The notes beneath the pieces were generated by a model. It was given only the letters and a program-made list of their open reading frames with translations, was not told the DNA's origin and made no database searches. Positions 31,731-41,068 of a stretch of DNA of 64,000 nucleotides are shown one piece after another. Every line of letters begins with the position of its first letter. The first letter of the stretch is position 1. Source of the stretch: a virus. A program made the translations under genes and the position numbers. Location of the stretch: the IMG/VR virus record IMGVR_UViG_3300035181_001055, positions 1 through 64,000 of that record. One strand, written 5' to 3'.

Positions 31731-32947
31731 TAAATGAAAAAAGCTCAATACCAGGAGACTTAGCAAAATTTGAAGTCAAAATTGACGGCAATGACATAAG
31801 CGAATCAGTTGTTAGCGTTACAGTTTTCCAAGACATTTTCAGTCCCACATGGACAGCTTCAATTGACTTGAATGACACAAATAACATGATGATGAATTTG
31901 CCTATAAAACCTGGGAGCGAAGTTTCCGTTTCAGTCAAAACAGACATGAAAAGCGAGACTGATGATGAAAAAACATTCAATTTCATAGTATTCAATATTG
32001 GCAACAAACAATTCGTGAATGCGATGCATCAGACTTATACCATAAGCTGCGTTTCAGAAGATTTCATGAAGAATCAAGGGACTCGCGTTCAGCAAAGCTA
32101 TAAGAATAAGAGTCCAGATCAAATTTGCAGTTCAATGATAAGCGAGTATATAGGCGGATCAGTTGACACAGATGCTGCTGATAATCAAGTTAGCATTATA
32201 ATAAGCAATCTTAGCCCATTTACTGCGGCACATCAACTTTGCAAGGTCGCAATATCGAATGGCGCAGCTGATATGATGTTTTTCATGCAAGACGACGGAA
32301 AATATACTATGAAGAGCATAGAAAAGTTATATAATGAAGATTCTATGTTCAGATTCATAATGAGACCGAACCACAAGCGAGATGACGCGGGTAATCTAGA
32401 AGAAGATTACAATCTGTGCATAACTAATTACCATTTTGAGCATTATGACGCCATGAGCAATATTAGTAGTGGGTTATATGCTAGCAAACTTGTTCAATTC
32501 AACTTCATAGATAAGACATGGACTGAAGAGAAATTCAAATTCGGCGATGATGTGAGCGAAGATGCTGCAAAGAAACCATGGGAAAGTGATATGTTCGAAC
32601 AAGAGAATTCTAATGTTTCATTTTTGCCAAAACACCCAGGATTGACCGATGACGGTGAAACTGTATTTGATAGCGCAAAAAATTGGTCTGGCAGTCGTAA
32701 AAGTAGCCTTATGAAATTAGAGCAAGATAAGCTGATCATCCAGTTGCCAGGAGGTGTTAAGGGATGGAGAGCTCTGGGTCATACTATCGATATAGACTTA
32801 CCTTCTCAGCAAGATTACCAAGACGAAGAACTCGATAAACAGTTCAAAGGTAAATATTTGGTAATCGCAATAAGTCATTATTTCGGTAAGCACGCTTACT
32901 TTATAAATTACGAGCTTATCAAAAAACGCCATGAAGTGAAGATGTAA
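31727..32947 (+). CDS. Baseplate hub protein (gp27-like)
   Basis: Position before gp5; VFQDIFSP, C.SEDF, FKGKYLVIAISH. Confidence 0.65.
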   Translation: MINEKSSIPGDLAKFEVKIDGNDISESVVSVTVFQDIFSPTWTASIDLNDTNNMMMNLPIKPGSEVSVSVKTDMKSETDDEKTFNFIVFNIGNKQFVNAMHQTYTISCVSEDFMKNQGTRVQQSYKNKSPDQICSSMISEYIGGSVDTDAADNQVSIIISNLSPFTAAHQLCKVAISNGAADMMFFMQDDGKYTMKSIEKLYNEDSMFRFIMRPNHKRDDAGNLEEDYNLCITNYHFEHYDAMSNISSGLYASKLVQFNFIDKTWTEEKFKFGDDVSEDAAKKPWESDMFEQENSNVSFLPKHPGLTDDGETVFDSAKNWSGSRKSSLMKLEQDKLIIQLPGGVKGWRALGHTIDIDLPSQQDYQDEELDKQFKGKYLVIAISHYFGKHAYFINYELIKKRHEVKM

Positions 32948-33882
32948 TGAATAATCGTCAATTAAAGAATAATGCTTTTAGCTTCGGTGAATTTGTTTGG
33001 TGGATCGGAGTAGTAGAGGATAGAAAAGACCCCGAAAAACTAGGCAGACTTCGGGTTAGAATCTATGGGTACCACACCGCAGACACAGGCAAGATGCCGA
33101 AAGACGACCTTTTTTGGGCTATGCCTATGCAGCCTATCATAAGCTCAGCTATGAGCGGCATTGGTTTTAGCCCAACAGGAATCGTAGAAGGGACAACAGT
33201 CGTAGGATTCTTTGCTGATGGTCATTTTGCGCAACATCCAATCGTGATTGGAACGCTCGGAGGCAAGCCGCAAGAAAATCAATTAAACGGGGATGGGTTC
33301 AAAGACCCTAATGGCAAGTATCCTAAGTATCCTAAAGGCGAGCAAGATACTAATAGGCTCGCAAGAAATGAGAATATTTCTGAAACCATTGTTCAACAGA
33401 AAAAAGACTCAGTTGAAACTGCCGATGTTGCATTTGGCGGAACATGGAAAGAGCCAGAAACGCCTTATGCTGCAAAATACCCCTATAATCATGTCCGAGA
33501 AAGCGAAAGTGGTCATATCGAAGAATTTGATGATACTGAAGGCGCCGAGCGCATCCATAGATATCATAGAAAAGGCACTTTCGAAGAAGTTCATCCCGAC
33601 GGCACAGTTGTTCACAAAGTAGTAAAAGATCAGTATGAAGTCGTAATGGGCGACGATTACTTGCTCATAAAAGGAGATTGCAAAGTCAATATTGTTGGAA
33701 ATAGCAGTGTTTTGATAAATGGGGATTCCGATATTGAAATAAACGGAGATTGTAAAGAAACTATTCATGGCGATTACAAACTCACTGTTGATGGAGATTG
33801 GAATATCGAAGTTGGCGGAGACCAGACATCCGACACAAGCGGAACTGAAAAGAGGACAGCAAGTTTGATATTGCTGAACTGA
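32947..33882 (+). CDS. gp5: Baseplate central spike without lysozyme domain
   Basis: WWIGVVEDRKDP.KLGR.RVRI OB fold, YPYNHV.ESESGH..EFDDT.GAER, beta-helix repeats. Confidence 0.92.
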   Translation: MNNRQLKNNAFSFGEFVWWIGVVEDRKDPEKLGRLRVRIYGYHTADTGKMPKDDLFWAMPMQPIISSAMSGIGFSPTGIVEGTTVVGFFADGHFAQHPIVIGTLGGKPQENQLNGDGFKDPNGKYPKYPKGEQDTNRLARNENISETIVQQKKDSVETADVAFGGTWKEPETPYAAKYPYNHVRESESGHIEEFDDTEGAERIHRYHRKGTFEEVHPDGTVVHKVVKDQYEVVMGDDYLLIKGDCKVNIVGNSSVLINGDSDIEINGDCKETIHGDYKLTVDGDWNIEVGGDQTSDTSGTEKRTASLILLN

Positions 33883-33886
33883 ACAC

Positions 33887-33894
33887 CATAAATA
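33887..33894 (+). promoter_or_regulatory. Late promoter (CATAAATA)
   Basis: Intergenic, upstream of AAGGAGG RBS of 33926. Confidence 0.6.
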
Positions 33895-33925
33895 TTTCAT
33901 CGCAACCAAATAAGGAGGCACATTT

Positions 33926-34354
33926 ATGCCAAGCGCAACAACAAGTAATTATCTTTACAACAAACAGATGAACTACCTGCTCAAAAATACATCATGGACG
34001 CCTCCTTCTTCTTTGTGGGTGGCTCTTTTCACAACCGTCCCGAGCCTGGATGGGACAGGGGGCGTTGAAGTTTCGACTTCAGGCACAAACTATGGACGAA
34101 TCGAAATCCAGGCTGCTAACGGGTGGCAAGGACCAAGCGGTTCAAACCAAGAGTATAGCAACATCTCGGATTTGACTTTTCAAGTGCCTACAGCGAACTG
34201 GGGAACCATCCAAGGCGCAGGTCTTTATGACGCGCAAACAGGCGGAAATTTGATGTATGTTGCTTATCTAACAACTGCAAAAGTCGTCAACAACGGCGAC
34301 GGCGCGCCGAAGATTCTAGCAGGACAGCTAAGAATTACGCGCGCGACCTGCTAA
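33926..34354 (+). CDS. Conserved virion/tail-fibre-associated protein
   Basis: LWVALFTT.P...G.GG.EV....YGR...F..PT.NWGTI...GLYDA.TGGN pattern. Confidence 0.65.
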   Translation: MPSATTSNYLYNKQMNYLLKNTSWTPPSSLWVALFTTVPSLDGTGGVEVSTSGTNYGRIEIQAANGWQGPSGSNQEYSNISDLTFQVPTANWGTIQGAGLYDAQTGGNLMYVAYLTTAKVVNNGDGAPKILAGQLRITRATC

Positions 34355-34365
34355 CATAAGACTAA

Positions 34366-36210
34366 ATGGCTGGTTATAAACAAACCGTCATAAAAGACGG
34401 GGCTGCAGCGTTCTGGACATTTGACGGCGATATGGTTGATTCGGGGAGCAGAACGCTACTAGCAAATCCCCTCACAATCATCGATGAAATAGACAACCAG
34501 AATCCTGCGATATTGCATGTTCAGAGCGCTTCGGGTCCTCACGGATATCGAATGGGCATGCCTAGCATGATTCAACTAGAGCAGACGGATCAAGCTAGCA
34601 TTTGCTTTGGCTACTATGGGTATCAACCATCTAGTCCCGATTCAGGTTGGGCTAAAGCATTCTTAGAAGTTCCGCATACGAGCACATTTCAATTTCCTCA
34701 TTATGGAAGTTTTACAGTTGAATTCATGCTGCGAAAAGATCCAGAAGACGCATATGCTGCAACTCTCGGATATGATAATTACTCATTTTCACGCCCCATA
34801 CTAAAAAAAGATGGTGTTATAAACATTGATTACTATCTTGCATCAACATGGGAACCAACTGAATATTTCAGGTTCTGGTTTCCCAGTGGCCAGACGCGAA
34901 GCATAAATGCTAGTAGTGGTGGCTGGTTGAGCAGAAATATTCACGTTGTTGTTATTTGGTTGGTTGAGCCGTCAGATCAAGGCTCATATAAAGCAACTGA
35001 AAAAATATTTTTTGATTCTAGGCTTGTTCATACAGCAACAACTACATACTTCGATACATTCCCAAATACGAATATTGCCAGCTCCTGGGAAATTGGCGGA
35101 ACAATAAGCGCACCCACTAGCTTTTGGAATGACAGAAATACATCTCCACTTTATTTAGATCAAATTGCTGTTTATGACGTAGCATTGACATTGGATCAAG
35201 TTGGGAATCACTATAAAAAGATTTATCAATATGATAATATGATCGTAAATGACAGGTCAGTTGACTACTTCCCTATGGACGAGGACGATAGTTTAGTTGA
35301 CTGGACAATTCATAATAGCGCGGGCGGAGCTCCAGGCGAATATATTGGCGACATTCATACTATAAAAAGAGGGTTAGTCGGGCCAGATAATATTCCTTGG
35401 TCAAAATCACCTTACTTCATCGGAAAATCAATTGCATATTTCAGAAGAAATAACTCACCTACTGGATATCCCATTCCTTGGTTCGGGACGAACGGGGACT
35501 ACAGCATCGAATTTTGGTTCAATACACAATCAGCAGACAGAGGCGTTTTGTTCGCGATGCAGCAAGAAAGACCACCCTTCCAAGGTGTTCAGATTTCTAT
35601 AAATTGGGCGAATGGAAATTACAAGAATGGTGCAATCGAATTTAGAGAAAGCGAAAATTTCAATATAATCTCATTAGATCAAGACGAGAATCATATACCT
35701 TATAGATTCAATGACGGTAAATGGCATCACATAGTTGTTCAAAGAGAAGGTACTACATTGAGGTTATGGATTGATAGCATTTTACATGGTGAACTTGACA
35801 ATATCCCCTCTTATGGTGTAGACGTTTCAGGCGTAATGTACTTGCTAGGAAGCAAACCAGGTGATCTATACGTCAATGGATACGCGTGTAAATTTGCTCG
35901 ATACGGATATGCTTTGCAAGAGCAACAAATAAAAGCGCATTATACTTACTCAATCATATTCAAAATTAGAGGGCAAGTTACTTTACAAGGCGTCCCGACA
36001 CAAGCAACGATTAGAGTTTATAAGAATTATACAGGCGAATTAATAAGAGAAATTGAAAGCGACAGTCAAACAGGTAACTATGAGTTAGATTTATTAAATA
36101 ATAGCAAGATTGACTTACTAGTGTTTAATAAAAATGACAGAAGTGTTCGTTATAGAGCTTATGGACCTATAACGCCTAGCGAGTATGATGATATTGCAAT
36201 TCTTGTCTGA
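34366..36210 (+). CDS. Virion protein with two LamG/ConA-like domains
   Basis: FTVEFM, DQIAVY..ALT..QV..HY, YSIEFWF, DGKWHHIVV; C-terminal beta-sandwich. Confidence 0.75.
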   Translation: MAGYKQTVIKDGAAAFWTFDGDMVDSGSRTLLANPLTIIDEIDNQNPAILHVQSASGPHGYRMGMPSMIQLEQTDQASICFGYYGYQPSSPDSGWAKAFLEVPHTSTFQFPHYGSFTVEFMLRKDPEDAYAATLGYDNYSFSRPILKKDGVINIDYYLASTWEPTEYFRFWFPSGQTRSINASSGGWLSRNIHVVVIWLVEPSDQGSYKATEKIFFDSRLVHTATTTYFDTFPNTNIASSWEIGGTISAPTSFWNDRNTSPLYLDQIAVYDVALTLDQVGNHYKKIYQYDNMIVNDRSVDYFPMDEDDSLVDWTIHNSAGGAPGEYIGDIHTIKRGLVGPDNIPWSKSPYFIGKSIAYFRRNNSPTGYPIPWFGTNGDYSIEFWFNTQSADRGVLFAMQQERPPFQGVQISINWANGNYKNGAIEFRESENFNIISLDQDENHIPYRFNDGKWHHIVVQREGTTLRLWIDSILHGELDNIPSYGVDVSGVMYLLGSKPGDLYVNGYACKFARYGYALQEQQIKAHYTYSIIFKIRGQVTLQGVPTQATIRVYKNYTGELIREIESDSQTGNYELDLLNNSKIDLLVFNKNDRSVRYRAYGPITPSEYDDIAILV

Positions 36211-36236
36211 GTAGAGAGCCTGGAGATGAGAAGGAG

Positions 36237-36401
36237 ATGGCAAGCTATTCAAATAATTACATTGCCGCTCCTTCTAAAAGTAGCTATGAATTAGAACATA
36301 ATAGAAGAATCAAGTCAATTCATATAAACCAGCACATGATGCTTATAGCTCAGTGCTGGTTTTATTTTGCTCATGAATTTAAGGGAAAACTAGCCAACTG
36401 A
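36237..36401 (+). CDS. Possible 54-aa ORF
   Basis: AAGGAG RBS; contains the AAACCAGCAC/GTGCTGGTTT inverted repeat. Confidence 0.35.
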   Translation: MASYSNNYIAAPSKSSYELEHNRRIKSIHINQHMMLIAQCWFYFAHEFKGKLAN

Positions 36402-36402
36402 T

Positions 36403-38778
36403 ATGGCATCACAGAATTACACGCCTTCAGCTAACATATCTATTGACTTCAACTGTCAATACAACCCTCCTGTGGGTCTTGTTAGCGTCGATTTCCCAGA
36501 TACGCCTTGCCCCGATCTCGGCGTCATCGGATTCAATGAAGGCTCAGTTATATCGTTTGATTTATCATTTGACAGCTCATATGATGCTAATTCAGGCGAA
36601 TCTTCATTCGTCGAAGTCAACACTTATGCTATTCTTGGCAATTTTAACGGCCAAGATGGTCAAGCACAAATTGTAGACAATCTAGTTATTAGCGTTACTT
36701 TCGACTTGTCTGCAAATGAGGGGGCATCTCTCGATGTAACTATTTCGATTCCACCTTCGGCATACATTGACGCCAACTTTATAGCAGGCGAAAATAATTA
36801 TGCTGATTTGTTGAAATCAACTCTCTTAGCCCCAGACATCCAAAGTGGGGAAGAGTTAACTGTCGTATTCAACACTAATCCGTCCATTGATTTGGGGACA
36901 ATACCCGCATTCAATGGAGAAATTCTCGACGCAAATGTTTATACGTATGCGTTGTTCTACGGCGTCTCTTTAAGCGGAGAAAACTCGCTTGTCGATTTAG
37001 AAGTCGGCGAACCTGGCTTGATATCATCAGACGCATTCGGAGGTGAATGTCATTACTCAGACATTCTAACCGACCCGAGGGTTATTCTAGATAATCTCGG
37101 AGGCGAAAATCTTCTAGCAGATGTTGCTACATCCCCTTCATTCGATTTATCTGCAATCAGCGCCAGATCGGGAGAAATTCTCGAAAGCGTCGATCTAGTA
37201 ACGTATCGCCTTTTCGTCTTAGATTATTTTGCAGGCGAAAATGCAAGTTTCGACATAACTTACATTCAGAATAGTGGGTCGCCTAGCGACGATTTTAGCG
37301 GAGAAACTCTAAGCGCATCGCTCAGTACAACCGATGCTTTGCCGTTCATATCCTATAGCGGCGAAACAGGATCATCAAATTTAAGCACTTCTTATCTGCT
37401 TGATTTCGATGCATATGATGGAAATTCTATTTCTCTTGATATTCAGCTTTTTGCGCCAATTCATTTTGACGCAAGCGGATATTCGGGTGAAATTGTTACC
37501 GTACCGTATATAAACTACTCCACCAATCTAGGCGAATTCGCTTACAGCGGTGAAGTATATTACTGGGATTTAGCGACATATCCAGCAACCGCGCTCCTTT
37601 TTAATTCGAACTCGGGCGATAATGCATCCGCATCTATACAGACATCCGAGCAGATCGGCAGTTTTAACACACAAGATGGACAATCAGTATCAATCGACCA
37701 TCTCGATTCTCTAGAAAACTACAGATTCCCATCAGGTGAGAATCTACTGCTGACTCTTAACACGGAAGTAGTTTTCGAATTGGCGCCGCTTTCAGGCGAA
37801 AATTTAATCCCATCGTTGGAGACGAGGCCGAGTGAAGGTATAGGGAGATTGTTGCCTCTCTCAGGCGAGACGATCACGATTGATGCGCTTAAAACGATTC
37901 AGCATCATAATCTTTATGTAGTGTTCTGGCATGACACATATGTTCAAGTTGATATTGACAGCCAAACATATTTTGACCTTACTGTCGATTCTTGCTGCGG
38001 CGGTCCTAGAGCTCTTAAGGCACAAGAATTTAGAATCGAAATGGACTTTGCTGAGTATCCAGACCAAGTCCATTTCGGCGATCATACAGTATTCCATGTA
38101 GAACTAAGCTGCAGACCCAGGTTCCAGATTGATTTTATAAGCGGCGAAAATTTCAAAACATTTGACAATGTCGTTTATATCGCACAAGATGATTATGATA
38201 ACCCGCAAATGTATTTCAGAAGTGCAGAATCGTTTGCGCTTGTTTCGTTCGAGAGCAAATTCATTCATCGCCTATGTAAGGGATTTTTCATCCCTAATGG
38301 AAACAATATTCAAGTTGAGCTCATGGACGTTCTTGATGAAAGCTGCTATGTCGATCGAATTTATACAGGCGAGAAATTCAGCACAGTTCTGTGCATTACT
38401 TGCAACGCCAGACATATAAATTACTCAGGAGAGACTCTGCTTTTTGACTTCGTTATCGATAGATGGGAGCTATACGCGGTGGGCGGCGAAAGACTTGATT
38501 TTTCTCTTTCGACTACAGTTAGCCTCAAAGGTCTAAATCCTTCAGGCGGATCAAATGTATTTGTTAAGTTCTACGAGCCAGATTGGATAGGCGCTGGCGG
38601 CGAGATTGCAACAGTTTCTTTAGAGCTCGACGTTCAAGTTGAATTCGTCGATGACGGTTGCCTTGAAAATGAATACATATACATGAATGCTGATGGCGAT
38701 CCAATACCTGAAAAATTCACACCAGTACCGATTGAACTGTATCCGTATCAACATGATATAAAAGCAAGGTGTTTCTGA
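36403..38778 (+). CDS. 791-aa acidic repeat protein
   Basis: More than 20 F/Y-x-(S/A)GE-x-L-type repeats at about 20-30 aa spacing. Confidence 0.75.
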   Translation: MASQNYTPSANISIDFNCQYNPPVGLVSVDFPDTPCPDLGVIGFNEGSVISFDLSFDSSYDANSGESSFVEVNTYAILGNFNGQDGQAQIVDNLVISVTFDLSANEGASLDVTISIPPSAYIDANFIAGENNYADLLKSTLLAPDIQSGEELTVVFNTNPSIDLGTIPAFNGEILDANVYTYALFYGVSLSGENSLVDLEVGEPGLISSDAFGGECHYSDILTDPRVILDNLGGENLLADVATSPSFDLSAISARSGEILESVDLVTYRLFVLDYFAGENASFDITYIQNSGSPSDDFSGETLSASLSTTDALPFISYSGETGSSNLSTSYLLDFDAYDGNSISLDIQLFAPIHFDASGYSGEIVTVPYINYSTNLGEFAYSGEVYYWDLATYPATALLFNSNSGDNASASIQTSEQIGSFNTQDGQSVSIDHLDSLENYRFPSGENLLLTLNTEVVFELAPLSGENLIPSLETRPSEGIGRLLPLSGETITIDALKTIQHHNLYVVFWHDTYVQVDIDSQTYFDLTVDSCCGGPRALKAQEFRIEMDFAEYPDQVHFGDHTVFHVELSCRPRFQIDFISGENFKTFDNVVYIAQDDYDNPQMYFRSAESFALVSFESKFIHRLCKGFFIPNGNNIQVELMDVLDESCYVDRIYTGEKFSTVLCITCNARHINYSGETLLFDFVIDRWELYAVGGERLDFSLSTTVSLKGLNPSGGSNVFVKFYEPDWIGAGGEIATVSLELDVQVEFVDDGCLENEYIYMNADGDPIPEKFTPVPIELYPYQHDIKARCF

Positions 38779-40157
38779 TGGCAACATGCTACGAAGAAAT
38801 TTCTAATTTACTTACAACTAAATCGATTGATGATATCGATCAGATATTTCCGAATACAAGGACCAATTTTTCGATTGGGGCTGGTAACAAGCACATTTTT
38901 GTTTTCAAAACATCTAAACAAGATACGGTAAAATTTTCAACTGAGCTATATCCGTCAGGATCAAATACCAGCATAAAAATGATAATTAACATTTTTTCAT
39001 ATGATGAAAACACGAAGTCTCTAATTGATCTAGGATCAACTCTCATTGAAGAGATGTTTCAAGATTTTCAAAAAGACTTAACGGCTGGCACATTCTTTAT
39101 GTGTGTCACAAATTATTTCTCAACCATTGATGCGTATATAACTGGAATATTTTCAGGATTTGAGTCATGGGCTAAAATATCAGCAGTTTTCAGCGAAGGA
39201 TCATCCGTAATAACTACGGTTACACAAAAAAGACCCGAAAGAGTTTGCACTCGACCAATTTTCTATGATTTGATTGATGGCAACTTGCCGCCAGGAATCT
39301 CTCTTCTGAGTACTGGCAGACTTTATGGCACATTGCCTAATCTAGACTGCTGCGATGAAAACGCTAATTTGAGCCCTAGCGCAGATTGGTTTGGACAATA
39401 TCCGACAGGAGAGTGGCATCCATGGGGAAGACAATGGCGCTTCAAAGTTAGAATCACATTGCCTGGATTCCCATTAGCTATTGATGAAAGATGGTTCTGT
39501 ATACGTGTTTATAACAACTGGGATATTGAAAAAGAAAATTTTAAGAAACAGTTGCCATTTAGCAAAACATATGATGTTATAGTTGAGCCTGAAAATGATA
39601 TTGTGTTGGAGAGTCAATGCTTAGAATGCGATATAAAGACGCCTTCAGCAGAGAGAAAAATAATTGAATTGAAGGCTCTATGCGATCCATGCAATCCTGG
39701 ATCGCCTGATGACGCATCATTAGCCACGGGGCTGCAAATACCAGATAAAGATTATGACGAGAGAAATGACGCACAGACTATCAAGATACCTAACGGAATT
39801 GATGTCTCTTCAGATAATCTGATTTCATGGTATATGAAAACAGCACAGAAGAGCCAAAAAGAAATAGACACGCCAACTAAAGAGCTTATGAAAAAGCTCA
39901 TAAATAGTAGAATTTTCATAAATCTTCTTATAAAGAAAAGAATAATAGAAGCAGATTCTGATAAGCTAACTAGACTCGAAAATGTTAGAATCACTTTGCG
40001 AGACAATAAAGGACGCATACAATTGCGTCAGAGCGTTCTATTAGACGGGAGAAACAAGTCTGATATTGATTATGAATTTCTTATGAACGTGAATAAGTTA
40101 AATCAATCGTTGCCTATGGAATTCATTATCTTCTCAGGGGAGTATTCGTGCATATGA
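38778..40157 (+). CDS. Virion protein with putative Ig-like domain
   Basis: LIDGNLPPGISLLSTGRLYGT; Cys clusters. Confidence 0.65.
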   Translation: MATCYEEISNLLTTKSIDDIDQIFPNTRTNFSIGAGNKHIFVFKTSKQDTVKFSTELYPSGSNTSIKMIINIFSYDENTKSLIDLGSTLIEEMFQDFQKDLTAGTFFMCVTNYFSTIDAYITGIFSGFESWAKISAVFSEGSSVITTVTQKRPERVCTRPIFYDLIDGNLPPGISLLSTGRLYGTLPNLDCCDENANLSPSADWFGQYPTGEWHPWGRQWRFKVRITLPGFPLAIDERWFCIRVYNNWDIEKENFKKQLPFSKTYDVIVEPENDIVLESQCLECDIKTPSAERKIIELKALCDPCNPGSPDDASLATGLQIPDKDYDERNDAQTIKIPNGIDVSSDNLISWYMKTAQKSQKEIDTPTKELMKKLINSRIFINLLIKKRIIEADSDKLTRLENVRITLRDNKGRIQLRQSVLLDGRNKSDIDYEFLMNVNKLNQSLPMEFIIFSGEYSCI

Positions 40158-40369
40158 GCTTAAAAGATGAGTGCAAACCATGCACAACTGAAAAAATCAC
40201 AAAAGAATATAAAGAGTTGCCGACGTCTCTTTGTTGCGCGGACGATAAGAAAAATATACAACCAAGTAAACCCGCAATCAAAAAGAAAACTATATATTGC
40301 CTTAGAACATATGTAAGAAATATAACAAATCAGAAGTATTGCTTAGTTCCTCCTCGAGGATGCATATAA
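40154..40369 (+). CDS. Small Cys-rich basic protein
   Basis: ATGA overlap; CKPC, LCC. Confidence 0.5.
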   Translation: MSLKDECKPCTTEKITKEYKELPTSLCCADDKKNIQPSKPAIKKKTIYCLRTYVRNITNQKYCLVPPRGCI

Positions 40370-40372
40370 ATA
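40365..40372 (+). promoter_or_regulatory. Late promoter (TATAAATA)
   Basis: Perfect T4 late consensus upstream of PAAR. Confidence 0.8.
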
Positions 40373-40391
40373 TGAGATAAAGGAGAAAAAG

Positions 40392-40679
40392 ATGGGAATG
40401 CCAGCATGTAGACTCGGCGACATTTGTACAGGACATGGATGTTTTCCGCCTCGCCCTTGTATAAGCGGGAGCGAAAACGTCTTAGTTAACGGCAGACCTC
40501 AGCATAGAGTCGGCGACGCATGGGCTGCTCATTGTTGCCTTCTCTGCCACCCAGGAGCTCTCGCTTCAGGGAGCTCAACAGTAATTGTAAATGGTTTAGG
40601 CGCAGGAAGAATCGGTGACCCTGTTTCATGCGGAAGCATAGTAATGACTGGGTCTGAAAATGTTATCATAGGTGGATAA
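40392..40679 (+). CDS. gp5.4: PAAR spike tip
   Basis: MPACRLGD.CTGHGCFPPR, NGRP.HRVGD, RIGDPVSCG. Confidence 0.92.
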   Translation: MGMPACRLGDICTGHGCFPPRPCISGSENVLVNGRPQHRVGDAWAAHCCLLCHPGALASGSSTVIVNGLGAGRIGDPVSCGSIVMTGSENVIIGG

Positions 40680-41068
40680 TGGAAGAAATCATTCTTTATA
40701 AAGACCTAGATCTTTCTTTAGTTCCTCATCCTTTAACAGGGGATATCTATCCAAAGACGAACGCCGATGCTGTTAAAAGAGCACTACTTCATTTGATGTC
40801 TTGGGAAAAATGGGACGTCCCATTCTCATCTATGCACCACAATCATTTAAGAGAAGATCTCTTCGATCTTCCGAGCAATCCAGTCAAATCAAGCATCCGC
40901 TCTAAAATTGAATGGCTTATAAAGACATTCGAGCCAAGGGTTAAAATTAGTGAAATAGATGTTGAATTATCACAAGATGAAACTTCTTATGTAATAACCA
41001 TAATGTACATAATCCAAAGTTTGCTGATCAATGATAACATTAGCTTCTACATTCAGAGAGTCAGGTAA
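40679..41068 (+). CDS. gp25: Baseplate wedge/sheath initiator
   Basis: YKDLDLS...HP.T.DI, FEPRV. Confidence 0.88.
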   Translation: MEEIILYKDLDLSLVPHPLTGDIYPKTNADAVKRALLHLMSWEKWDVPFSSMHHNHLREDLFDLPSNPVKSSIRSKIEWLIKTFEPRVKISEIDVELSQDETSYVITIMYIIQSLLINDNISFYIQRVR

